64,000 nucleotides of DNA from Paraphysomonas bandaiensis (taxonomy: Eukaryota > Protista > Chrysophyceae): positions 1 to 64,000 of the forward strand of contig CBFFRP010000269.1 of the NCBI GenBank assembly GCA_965644295.1. The letters run 5' to 3'. Of this stretch, positions 23,173-35,498 are shown one piece after another. A program made the translations under genes and the position numbers. The notes below the pieces were generated by a model. The model was not told the DNA's origin and did no database searches. It saw only the letters and a list, made by a program, of their open reading frames with translations. Within the stretch, counting starts at the first letter, position 1; each line of letters starts with the position of its first letter.

Positions 23173-24477
23173 CTACTTCTGTAAATATACAAACAAGCCT
23201 GGAATGAAAGTGCCCAAGATTGATCCAAATACGGCGACCAGTGTGCGAGACCGAAGCGTAAAGTTGCCAAAGAATGGAATTTCAATTTTCACAAAGTTTA
23301 AGCACCCAACGAATGTATTTATTGCATTGATCGTATGTGGATTCAGAGATATTCGATTAAACCCATTTACTGATTCAGGTTCATCTATATTGATCGCGGA
23401 GGAATTGACAACGCGCATTAGTAGACTCGTAATTTCTCTGCATACTATGTTTCCAGTCTCATTAGCGGAAGCAAGGAGTAACCCTAATTCAATGAAGTAT
23501 AATAACGAAACAATAGTGAGTCCTATTATTGACCCCAGGGTGTAAAACTTCAAGTACAGAGCCCATATACTGGACATGATAAGAACCAGCGGTATGCAGC
23601 AAAGCAATAAAATATGACAACCCCGTCGCTCAGACGTTAACATACAGGCGCTATGTAAAGCGTAGTAACGGGAAATAAGCATCCGAAGGGAATTCATGTG
23701 AGAGGTATTATTAGAGACATCGGCAACTACTGCAGAGTCTGAACGTGAAGATTCCCGCATATCTAGTCCAGTCTCCTCATCCACAGTCGAAGGCCTCATA
23801 CTACACTTAATTAGTGGGTTATCAGGTTGGATGCAAGACGCTTCAATTGAGAGCAGTTGGCCATCTTTATATTCTCTACGAATGGATCTGAGGTCATGGA
23901 TGAATACATGCGCATTACGCCGATGGGCCTCAAGAATGCATGTCATTATTGCGAACACCATAGCCAACGGGAAGACATACATTAAGAACCAAAAAACCGA
24001 AAACACACGAGTCGGCAGCGATGTATCATAGAGAATCATATAAGCTAGAGTGCCAGAAGCGATAAGAACCGTATTAGCACGACAAAGGTAATAACAAAAC
24101 ACATGAAATGAGAACCGAGAATGGTCACTGCATGTACTTGCTTCAGTAAACAGATCTCTTATATCATCTGAGGTACAGATGTCCTTTAATAGAGGGAAGA
24201 GGGCGTACGGCAACCACACATATAACAATATTTGCAAAATAGTAAAAAATGCAAAAAAAGCAACACTTGCAGAACTATCAGTAGAAAATGGACCATGATG
24301 CCATTGTGGAGAGAATAATGAGATGATAAGAAGGACTATACCTGCGACCATAAGAGCCGTCCATACGTGATACGTTACTGATAGAGCTCGACGATAAGTT
24401 GCAGACGTGAATAGCAGAAGGAATACTTGAGTTTCATATGGGAAATAACTATTCCATGAATTGGAATGTGGAGACAT
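23173..24477 (-). CDS. Seven-TM protein resembling gustatory-receptor-like / 7TM ion channel (7TMIC) proteins
   Basis: Intronless 434 aa with about 7 TM helices and a long loop between TM4 and TM5. C-terminus IEIPFFGNFTLRSRTLVAVFGSILGTFIPGLFVYLQ. Confidence 0.6.
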   Translation of the reverse strand: MSPHSNSWNSYFPYETQVFLLLFTSATYRRALSVTYHVWTALMVAGIVLLIISLFSPQWHHGPFSTDSSASVAFFAFFTILQILLYVWLPYALFPLLKDICTSDDIRDLFTEASTCSDHSRFSFHVFCYYLCRANTVLIASGTLAYMILYDTSLPTRVFSVFWFLMYVFPLAMVFAIMTCILEAHRRNAHVFIHDLRSIRREYKDGQLLSIEASCIQPDNPLIKCSMRPSTVDEETGLDMRESSRSDSAVVADVSNNTSHMNSLRMLISRYYALHSACMLTSERRGCHILLLCCIPLVLIMSSIWALYLKFYTLGSIIGLTIVSLLYFIELGLLLASANETGNIVCREITSLLMRVVNSSAINIDEPESVNGFNRISLNPHTINAINTFVGCLNFVKIEIPFFGNFTLRSRTLVAVFGSILGTFIPGLFVYLQK

Positions 24478-24573
24478 TGCGAGCCAGAGGTTGACATGCT
24501 TAATACCACAACTTAACACTGAACAACTGCTGTACTTATACACTCTGTACGTACGTACGTACATACCTACCTA

Positions 24574-27500
24574 GAGCCCGGTGCCGATCAAGACACGGTT
24601 GGGGGGTTTTTGGTGGTTCAGTGCCAGAACGGACACGTTGGAGGGTTTTTTGCTTTTTTGGGGGGTTTTCTGATCATTCCAACATACAGCACACAAGCCC
24701 AAGTGTAGCTAACAAATCCATACATCAATTCGAATGTCTATCTTAATAAGTCAAATATATCCACTTATTCAGTGATGAATTGTGATCCTGTATTGACTAT
24801 GATGAGATATCATTTTACTTATGCACGTGATGGAACTCACAGAGGAAGGTCAAGTGTTTCCAGACTTTCAATCTATCATGAACCACATGCAACAGATAGC
24901 CAGTTGTGGAGGCACACGTACAGGAAAACAACTGCGACGCGATCCACATGTAGCTCAAGGAAGCAATAGAGTTACTATGATATGTATGAATCCAGCATGT
25001 GCTCTAAGATTATGTGCTCGGCGTAAGCGTGATAAAACATACTATATGGATAGTGCTGCAAGTATTAAGGAGCATTATGTGTTGAACGAGGATGGTATGA
25101 GAATTCCTTGTGTCGTCTTCGGAAAAGCATCACAGGTTTATATATATATATATGAATGAACTTTTCATTATTCAGTTCTTCAAGAACGAGGTGTTGAACA
25201 ATGAAAAGTTTGCAGTGATCATGAAGGATGTTGGAGTCGGTCCTCGTAATATTAGCACTACCCGCATTCAGGTGAGAACACACACACATCATTGCCATCA
25301 TATACGAGCTATAATGTTCTTGTGATGCAAGGCATTTACTACTGTAATTTTGTATGAAAATCTTATGATATGGGAGGGTGAGAGAATGCGCCATTTATTA
25401 GTATACCTACGCGTTTCTGTTCTCACCACTGAATACACAAATATATTAGTCGACACAAAGATATATCGCAATGTATAAAATATAAGTGCTCTTTTAACTA
25501 GCAACTTCTGTTGGTTGATGGCATAAATGCCACGCCCGATGTGGTTAAGAAAGCTGCAGCACTCAGTCGAATTCAAGTAGAAGACCAATTGGGCAGTTTT
25601 TCATTGCTAGAGCCATTTCTAGAGCTGTACAAAGAACAAAATCCCGGTGCTCATTACGAACTTCGCCGTAACGATATTACGGAGGAGTTTAATAGTTTAG
25701 CATTTGTTTTTCCATACGTTAAGAATTGCATTGAACACGAGTACCTGAGGCGCATATTTGGTCTGGATGTTTCTCATATGAAGAAGATTTCCCTACAGGG
25801 CGATATCATTATACGACCAATGTTTTTAACGGTTGTGAGTGGACGAACCCTTGATAATCACATGATAGTATGTGGGTTTGCAATAACATTTGCTGAATGT
25901 AGAGACGACATAGACTTTTTGAATGCAGCTATGATAGAAGCTGGGGTCGTTCTCAATGATCCACGGAATACTATTTTGAGTGACCGAGGTACTGCTGAGA
26001 TATCATTTCTACAGAGAAGTCTCCCGTTAGCCTTTGAATTTCATTGTGGAATTCATTTGGAAAGAAACTTGAAGAGCAAGGGATGGTCACATTGGTTGCC
26101 ACTCTACTGGAAAGCACGCAATGCTCCAACTATCGTTGAACATATGAGATGTATGAGGTATGAGGTAAATGATTGCAATACAAGAGTAACATATATATAC
26201 TTCTACTATAGTGTCATAGAATCTTCATGCAAACCGATGTATGAGTACCTAAGCAAACTCAACAACTGGCAGTTATACCAAGCTGTGGACACAGGGCATA
26301 TGTTGTACGATTGGAAGAGTGATAATATTGTTGAAGCAATCTTCGCATGGTGCCGTGAAACAAGATTTCTGAATCCTTACATGTTTGTAAAGAAGTTTTT
26401 AGTTGATATATTAGAGAGTAATAACAGGCGGAAGGATGACATTGCTCGGTTGCAGACTGTACTCCATCCCCAAGCTGAACAACACTTTCATGTAATATCG
26501 CACGTGTAAATTGTGCAATAGTAAGCTTAATATGTTAGGTAATGTGTATAATTGCTTACATTCTAATATTTTATACTTGATAGGATATACAGAAAAAAGT
26601 CAGACATTGTCCAATGGAGGTTCACATTCTCGATACTGTGAGCGAGCGAGGTATTGTGCATACCATCACGGATGCAGTGCATAGAAGCGAGTTGAGAAAT
26701 GTGGACTTGTCTAAGCAGAAATGCGACTGTGGAAAGTATCAACAAACAGGACTACCGTGTAAGGATGCGTGGTTCCTGCTTAAAGAGTTGTATCCGAATG
26801 GAATGCCACAAGACCTATTTTCGGAGAAATACTTTCATAAAGACTGCTTTACTATGAGAGTAAAAAATATGTTTGCAGACGTGCCTGAATTGTTAGGCAC
26901 GATTCCCTCTACTTCAGAAGTTGATAATCGATTGCGATCCAAATCGTTTAGGACTATCAAAGCTCCTCTTGCTAATGATTCCAAGTCTTACAGGAGTTCG
27001 AAACGATTGACTAGTACCGGAGAAAGTTCTAGCAGGTGCTGTCAGATATATTTATTCTTATACATTTATAACGCACAACAGTTCTACTAGTCAGGCTTCA
27101 TTCAAAAAGCAAAAGAAACAGTGTCCCGACTGTCACCAGTGGCTCTCGCGCAAGACGCTGCATCCCACCAGTGCATGTAGCAGGTATTGTATTCGAAATG
27201 GCATCAGTCCGCCTGAGGTTATTCTTTCCGGCTATATTGACGAGTTGAGTTACCCTGATGATATCGCTGAGCTATCAGAATCGCCTGCTGAAGAAACTGC
27301 AACACACTTTAGTTAGAAATCGGTTATGTATTCCATAATTTATGTGGCCGCATGTATATTATCGTTTAGTTGGGCAATTACATATCTTTAATTTTAACGA
27401 AATGTGTCTTTACTGTCGTTGAGTTGTTGCTCAGTGATAAAATTCATGCACGGTAGTGTTTAGTGTTTTAAACTGTACTTGACTAGCTAGAACCTTTGTC

Positions 27501-28390
27501 ATACTACTAATAATAAATGATCACATTAACCACTTCTTGTAATATTCTAGTTAGTTGAAATAACTTTTGTAATTCTGTGATAGCTAGATACTAGGGCTGA
27601 TGTAAAAGAGTTTGAAAGTTGTCCTTATCTATACTCTATACAGTCATTGAAAATTTACATGTCATACACCCTGATAATACTAAACTGAAACCAAGACTAT
27701 ACACACAGAACGGGGGGTAGGCGTCCTGGGGGCACAACAACATTACTTTAAAAGGAATAAAACAGCTATATCTTTTAGTGTGTAGTCAAAAGTCAAAAGA
27801 ATATCAATACACGAATTACAATATCATTAACAGAAGCACACAAATTCACTGTTATAAAAGTATACATAATACCAACAGTATGGAACTATTCAAGCAGCCA
27901 CTAATCCACCTTCTACGAGTTACTTGTGCTCTTGCATGGCGCCATAAGATTCATTTGGCAACAAAGGCAGGGGATGTCAATCAAAGAAGATTATAGATAT
28001 GCCAATATTTACTCATATATTTCTGATTCCTACACCTGTTCATCTGAAAGACTCCTATATTCGATCTCATCGGAGTATAAGAGTGGCTAGCAGGACTATG
28101 AATGCATGTTCTTCGAGATCTAGCAACTGCTCCACGTTGGCCTTTTATAGCCCTAGCTGTGTCGATAGAGCATCGAGCTGGGTCCCTCGTCCAACTGGAA
28201 AGCCATTCACAGGGGAGTTGTGAACACAATGTACCTTCCTGCCTTCTATATGTTGGCAGTGAGTGTGCTGTATGTTGGAAAGGAAAATGTCAGAAAACCC
28301 CCCAAAAAAGCAAAAACCCCTCCAATGTGTCCATTCTGGCACTGAACCACCAAAAACCCCCCCAACCGTGTCTTGATCGGCACCGGGCTC
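24574..28390 (+). mobile_element. Mutator-like (MULE) DNA transposon, apparently full length
   Basis: ~120-bp TIRs starting GAGCCCGGTGCCGATCAAGACACGGTTGGGGGG. TSD TACCTACCTA at 24564-24573 and 28391-28400. Internal transposase gene. Confidence 0.93.
24830..27316 (+). CDS. MULE transposase with SWIM and C-terminal Zn-knuckle motifs (multi-exon)
   Basis: DDE and CxxH motifs FGLDVSHM, TILSDRG, FHCGIHLERNLK and SDNIVE. SWIM-like CDCGKYQQTGLPC. C-terminal CPDC...H...C. Confidence 0.85.
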
Positions 28391-28912
28391 TACCTACCTA
28401 CCTACCTACATCCATCCATACATCCATCCATCCATCCATCCATCCATACATACATACATACATACATACATACATACATACATACCTACATACATACATA
28501 CATACATACATACATACATACATACATACATACATACATACATACATACATACATACATACATACATACCTACATACCTACCTACCTACCCCTACCTACC
28601 TACCTACCTACATACATACATACATACATACATACATACATACATACATACATACATACATACATACATACATACATACATACATACATACATACATACA
28701 TACATACATACATACATACATACATGCATACATACATACATACATACATACATACATACATACATACATACATACATACATACATACATACATACATACA
28801 TACATACATACATACATACATACATACATACATACATACATACATACGTACATACATACATACATACATACATACATACATACATACATACATACATACA
28901 TACATACATACA

Positions 28913-28942
<30 letters not shown>
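28391..28942. repeat. (TACA)n / (TACC)n / (CATC)n microsatellite
   Basis: Direct observation; the array ends about 40 bp before the SDR start codon. Confidence 0.97.
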
Positions 28943-28943
<1 letters not shown>

Positions 28944-28984
28944 CCTGATCTTTAAAGGTCACTCTCTTCACTTCTCTCGCTAGT

Positions 28985-30066
28985 ATGTCAAGTGTGTTCT
29001 ACGGTACTCTTGCTGCATGTGTTTTGGGTATATTTATTGCACTGTGGCCTGCTTTAAACTTGAGTCCAGTGCAGTTACAGGGAGCAAGATGTCTAGTTAC
29101 AGGAGCCAGTTTAGGTGCATATTTACAATAGAAATCAAACCATCTCAATGTAGAATATACTCATACAGGGATTGGGAAACAACTAGCTCGAGAATATGCT
29201 GATATGGGAGTGTCTCAGCTTGTGTTAGTTGCACGATCAACAGATAAGCTGCATGCATTGAGGGATGATATCGTTTCATCGTTTCAGGTGATTCTTTACA
29301 TGATATGGTTCTGTTACATGTTACTATTAGCTGCTATGTATGTTATGGGCTCACGTGTTGTATAACACTGTATATTAGAGGGATGGAGCCACTGTACCTG
29401 TCATTCATGTGTTGCCTGCTGACTTATCAAACGAGAAAACATGTCGCGATGTCATCGAGAATGCTGTCGAACTCATGGGCGGTATTGATTATCTGGTGCT
29501 TAACCACATCACAAACAGTCACTACGGATTATGGACAACACATGATTCCCATGATTTTTTGGAGCCAATGTTTCAAGTGAATACGTTCTCCTATATTTGG
29601 CTCACTAATGCCGCTTTGAAATCCTTACAAGTTAGTGTAGAATACATGCTTTGCATTGCGATTTATTTATTTTGCATTATAGGAGAGTAGAGGTCAGGTA
29701 GTTGTGATATCATCTTTTGCAGGATATGTTGGTGTTCCCCATACTGCAGTGTATTCATCCACCAAGCACGCGCTTCGAGGGTTTTTCAACGCCCTCCGTA
29801 CAGAACTTGAACAATACTATCCCAACAACACTGTCGGAATCACTATATGCAATATTGGAGCAGTTGATACGGAAGGATCGAAGGAGTTTCAGTCTCGCAT
29901 ATCTGTGGATTGGATTGAGCCTACACGTGTTGCTCGCGCTATAATAGAAGGTGCTGCACGTAGACAGCGCGAGGTCTATTATCCATTATCTATTTACTGG
30001 TCCGTTATATTTCATTTTTTCTGTCCGTACGCATTAGAAGTGATTTTACACATGACCATGCGGTGA
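28985..30066 (+). CDS. Short-chain dehydrogenase/reductase, 11-beta-HSD1-like, with N-terminal membrane anchor (multi-exon)
   Basis: LVTGASLGIG (spliced), DYLVLNHI, VNTFSY, and YSSTKHALRGFF (YxxxK). Confidence 0.88.
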
Positions 30067-30469
30067 TTGGAACTATCAATGCACCGTGTGTACTATGAGC
30101 TATGCTTCTGCTCGTTTCTTCAATTTGATTGACTGAGTTGGATATGTGATTACACTGCATACTCTTTTGTACTGACACTTTGAAGTATCAGTGTTGCGAA
30201 AAGACAAAGAGAAGTACAGATCTTATACATAATTAATTATATGTAGCTCATATTTATTACGGCGTTTCAGTGGTGATGCGTCATTTATCCTTCGTATACA
30301 GTATCACTCGTCAGTAGTAATCCTTTATTATTATCGTCTACACCTAGGGTAGTTAGTTCTGTACTCCGCATAAAGATAAGACTACACAATGCATGTAAAG
30401 TTTAAACAAGTTCATCATGAAACACCCATCATCATTATGTATTGTCCATTAGAAACTGTAGTGATAAGT

Positions 30470-30863
30470 GATAAGCGTGTAAGAGTCAAAACTATAATGT
30501 AGCAAAACAATTTAACTACCTAGTGCTCAACTCTGATATCCTACTATTTAACGCTACGAAAGTTGCTTGTGCGTCACCACAAGCACCAAGGTGCAACCAC
30601 TTTCGTTCTCTATCCTTAAAATGAAGTAGCCCGAATGCTTAACTTCAGCAGGCAGCCCAATACCCCGGGTGCATGTTTATTCGTCAAGGCCCAAAGACGC
30701 CTACACAAGCCCAATATATTATTGTCCCAGCGTCTGAGTGGGAAGAACAATATCTGCTGATTCTAACTATATATGCGGCTCACGTTATTTTCTTGGAGAA
30801 ATATCTTCAGTACGTATCTCCCAGAACACCACGAAAAGGTGCGAGTCCGACTTTTTGTTGAGT
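30470..30863 (-). repeat. Unclassified dispersed repeat, copy B
   Basis: Reverse complement of the blocks seen in copies A and D. Confidence 0.8.
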
Positions 30864-30867
30864 GGTG

Positions 30868-31140
30868 CATCACTTTCTGCCTAACGATAACTTCCGGCTG
30901 TTGTATGCAGAGAAGTTAACCGTTTCGCATATTGCGGTAGAGCCAAGGTTAAGGAAAGTTCACATCTACGACAGCGCATACTTAATACAGTCCTGACATG
31001 GGACAAATACTTCAGCATTGGTCGGAATAGAGCTAAAGCATAATTTGGACTCGACCTGAACAAAACCAGAAGCTCCGACTGTGGCTTTCGACTTGATTCT
31101 CTCAAACATATGTGTCTAGATTGTTTACACGACACTAGTT
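30868..31140 (+). pseudogene. Possible degenerate Ulp1/C48 protease fragment
   Basis: HIAVEPRLRKVHIYDS and, after frameshifts, PEQ/TRSSDCGF resemble the Ulp1 YDS and QxxxxDCG motifs. Confidence 0.35.
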
Positions 31141-31608
31141 TTTCTCAAAATATCGTTAAAATCCCACATTTGGATGATGCTTACTGAATGAATATATGCG
31201 ATCAGTCTACAGTTGTACAAGGTACAAGAAGGACAGTACTTTTTCAACTTACAGCAGTTTGACAGAAACAGTACGAATTCTAATACAACATAAATAGCGT
31301 TTTAAGTTGCAGGTAACTATCAGAAATTTTATTCTCATATTATATAATAGAAGATGCGTTATGAGGTTATGACGAGTAATTTATGATTAATCACAAATCA
31401 ATTTTCAAAGACGCACACAAGCATGAGCAATATTATATATATAATATATTGAGAGGCCAAATTTTGTCGTATATATAATAATAAATACATATAATATAAC
31501 AAAATTATTTGTCAATTATTGAAATCCAATAATTGAAATTGAGAGACCAAGTAATAGTTGCATTTATAATTGACTACAACCTGCCTGTTAATTGATAGAA
31601 ATTTAATT

Positions 31609-32095
31609 CCCACATCAAAGTCGGAATCGAACCGTTTCGTGGTGTTCTGGGGGAGAGATCCTCTCTGGGAAACTAACGTGAGCCACAAACATAGTCAGCA
31701 GATATTGTTCTGCCCACTCATAGCTGAATGCTTGTGTGGTACAAGGGACGCCAATAAGTGTTACTTGTGTAGACATCTTTTTGGGCCCTGACGAATAAAT
31801 AGGCATCCGGGAATGGGCCCACCTCAAGGGCATCCGGGACAGGGCCCACCTCAAGGGTAACCTGGGTATTGGGCTCTCTGCTGAAGTCAAGCATCCGGGA
31901 TGTTCACCTTAACAACTCAGAGCGGAAGTGGTCGCACCTTGGTGCATGCGGCGACGAACAAGCAGCTTCCGTAGCGTTAAATAGTAGTATAAAAAAAGTG
32001 TTTACAGGTAGAGGTCTAACTAGTTTGTGTACGCATTCATCTAGCTACTATAAGCAGGTTTTTAACGCCTATTGCTAATAATATGACTTTCAATA
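31609..32095 (+). repeat. Unclassified dispersed repeat, copy C (near full length)
   Basis: Colinear with copy A along its whole length. Confidence 0.85.
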
Positions 32096-32441
32096 AAAAG
32101 ATATTTAATTGATATGCAGTATTGTCTGTGTAAACTACAATCTAATCATCCATAACGATTGTCTATAGAAATCTGCAATAGTGGCATCAATTTCTCTTGA
32201 ATCTTCGATATCTCTATCCAATACTATAGTCAAATTGCGCATGGCTTTTTCCATCTGTAGAAGATTTTCTGCCGCAATTAATGCCACTGGTACCATCTGC
32301 CTAATAAAGTATTATACCCCTATAAGGTTATAATTATACAATAGTAGCAATAACCTTTCCTTTTAAGTTTGCGGATCTATTTACTATTTAGGCATCAAAG
32401 TCAAACATATCTAACACACTTTACATACACGGCCTAATGCA

Positions 32442-35090
32442 TCACGAAATTTCATACACTGCCCATCTCCTGTTGTTATCTTCACCGGCAGGTACCGGAC
32501 CTGAACAGGCCGCATCAGCGCAACCGCACACTCTATTCGACGTGTCTTCACATGGACGCTCACAACCTCCTCCTGTGGTGTCTCCCTTGCTGGCCCCACG
32601 TTTGCCCTTGCTAAGAGATGAAAAGGCAAACGAGTGTCCATCCGACCCAGCACGTGCAATAGCAAAATACTTCTTCCCTTTCGACTTTGCATGATGCAAC
32701 GCAAGGTTGAAATTTGCTCCTGCTTCACCACCTCCATACACCTTGTCTTGGAAAAATGACTCAGATGTAAAGCAACCAACATAGCGGGCACCCTCGTTCC
32801 CACGTATATTCTTACTGCCTGGCAACCTAGATTTTCGCGCCTTGGCTGCAGGAGTAGCTTCTAAATTCGGTTTCGGTTTTACCTTGTATATTCGCACTAT
32901 CCAGTGCTCTGAAGTAAATGCTTCTTCCATTGTGGTCAACTTGATATTCTTATTACCAACCTCTTTTCCTCGGGCCTGATCAAATCCTGGAGGTCTACCG
33001 TACGCCGTCGTCATTTGTCCGAACTTGTAGTAGCATAATTTATAGGCTACACAGTTCAGAAGAGTGGGGGATCCCATGGGTCCTATATCAAATCCATTAG
33101 GGGACATATAGTCCTCCTCACTTGGCATATCATCTGGAAACACCCCAGATCCAATTCGCACAGGCCAAAGAAACTTGTTGATGTCATCAGATGAATATCC
33201 TGTCAAACCACCAAATATCACTAGAACATAGTCAACATCCAAAGACTCAAGTATCGGGTAGGCTTCTTCCTCAGAGGTCGCCAGCGCACGCCCAACAGTG
33301 GCAATATGTGTGTTGTTCCATGTGTTATTGTCTACTAAAACGGTGCGGTTTGCCATAGCACTCATTTGATATCCATAATCCCACCACGAAAGTATCTTCG
33401 CGTCAGGCTCAGTATTTTGCCGCAGCCAGAAGTAAGCCTCCCTGTAATCATCAAATAACACACGACTTCCATCTGCTTGTCGACCAGCATCTATGACGAT
33501 AGAAGGCGAAGAATACGCAACGGATGCCACATAGCTTGCATGGAAGTTGAAGACCAGCAACAGCATAGTGAAAGCGATTAGAACTATAGCGCTGAGGGCA
33601 GGAGATATCGAGTGCGATGAACGCAGGCCCATTATAGACGCCTTTAATAATGAAGAAAACCTTGTCAAGATGCCTGATATTCCCACAGCCCCAAGAATGC
33701 ATGCAGCAGGGGCAAGAGTTAGCATAAGTCGAACCATGACCCCAGCGAAATACCATGTCACGGTTCCGTAGAGAATCAAAAATATTGCTCCATCAGTAGC
33801 ATTAGTAAAGAGAAAGAGGAGGCCAAGAGGTGCGATGAGGACCAGCATATGCAGGTCGAAGAAAAAAGAGGTCCAAGTCGTTGGCTGGTGCTCAGAAACA
33901 GAGGCTATAATTGGAATGTACTTGGAGGCGTATGTTGGGTCTAACAGAGTGAGAGATCTTCCCGTCCACTGGATGCGACCCTGGAGTTGTAGATACACAA
34001 GCACAGTAGCAACTGTTCCGACCACAGTAAGGGCTAGTAAGAACAACAGACGCCTCAGAACTGTAGCATCCACAACAGATTGCAAGTGAGACACTACGGC
34101 ATACACTTGAAGGGCTACGAACACACCATGAGAGGCCGCACACTCAGCCTGTTGTACAACATTGAATCCCACAAACGGGACAGTCATTGCCATAAGAGAT
34201 CCAAGAGTATAGAACACAGAATATGCAACGTATAAACGTGACGAATACCTTCCCCCAAGCAAAAGAATAATGGTATATATAGGAATGAGGTTAATAATGA
34301 AAACATATCCTCCCCACGCAGCAACCATGTAGTAGTAGGACAAGGCGCATAAACATGCCCACATCATGGATCCAGTATTCACTGACTTGACCCACAGGTA
34401 GAAGCAGAATATAAGGGCGAATATGGCAACTCCCTCATTATCATATGATCCACCCACCGACCTATGACATTGGTGAAATACAATACAAGTCATACGTACG
34501 GTATATCACCTCGATATGTATGATGGAACCACAGCAGTGAAGGCAGCTGCCAGAAGTCCAGCAGAAGATCTTTTGGTCACTTCAGTTGTCAGAAGATAAG
34601 AAGCTACCGCAGCATTGGCTGAAAAGATAGGAGCCAAAAATACGCACACATGACGAATATTTATCGGAATATTAAGGGCATTCAGAACCCAGTATAATGA
34701 AGCTGCAGTAAGCATTAAACCTATATATAAACATTAAACAGATCATATATACATCCCTCTGAACTAGCCTGGATATATAGTCCCCCCTATGGTCCTTCCA
34801 AGTGGATACCATCCACGATTATCAAACCAATTCAAGAACTCCAAGAAACCCTCATGAGCTAAATATTTAGTAGTCCGAAAATTAAAATAAGGGTCAAATT
34901 CATGTATAACTGACTCATATCTAACTACAGCAAATAAACGTATAGAGAAAGCCAAGACGCATATCATTCCCAGTATAGTGTACTTCATCACAGTCGGTAG
35001 ACCGGACATGTCCTGTGTATATGTGAGATACTTGTAAGAGATATGTATGTATTGTACCTTATCAGGACCTGAAGATAGAGAAGACTCCAT
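32442..35090 (-). CDS. STT3: Oligosaccharyltransferase catalytic subunit STT3 with a C-terminal WSC-like extension (4 exons)
   Basis: [43 protein letters not shown] and [16 protein letters not shown]. Confidence 0.96.
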
Positions 35091-35174
35091 ATGAAAAACT
35101 ACAAGATAATGTGGTTAGATGGAGGAGAGTGGCATGATTGATGCGAAGATTGAGTAGATGATGCGTGATACTTG

Positions 35175-35414
35175 ATGTGTATGTATGTATGTATGTATGT
35201 ATGTATGTATGTATGTATGTATGTATGTATGTATGTATGTATGTATGTATGTATGTATGTATGTATGTATGTATGTATGTATGTATGTATGTATGTATGT
35301 ATGTATGTATGTATGTATGTATGTATGTATGTATGTATGTATGTATGTGTATGTATGAATGTATGTATGTATGTATGTATGTATGTATGTGTATGTATGT
35401 ATGTATGTGTATGT
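35175..35414. repeat. (TATG)n microsatellite
   Basis: Same motif as the TACA arrays on the opposite strand, between divergent genes. Confidence 0.97.
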
Positions 35415-35498
35415 CTTGTGAATGGTTTGGATTTCTTGCTTTGATGTGTTGTTTGTTGAGGTATGAGAGTTCATGTTAAACTCAAGCACAACTCCAGT

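Noticed and set aside
31780-31860. CTGACGA...GAA in the dispersed repeat as a hammerhead ribozyme
   Set aside because: No consistent stems II/III or GAAA core, and the CTGANGA motif is not conserved in copies A, D and E.
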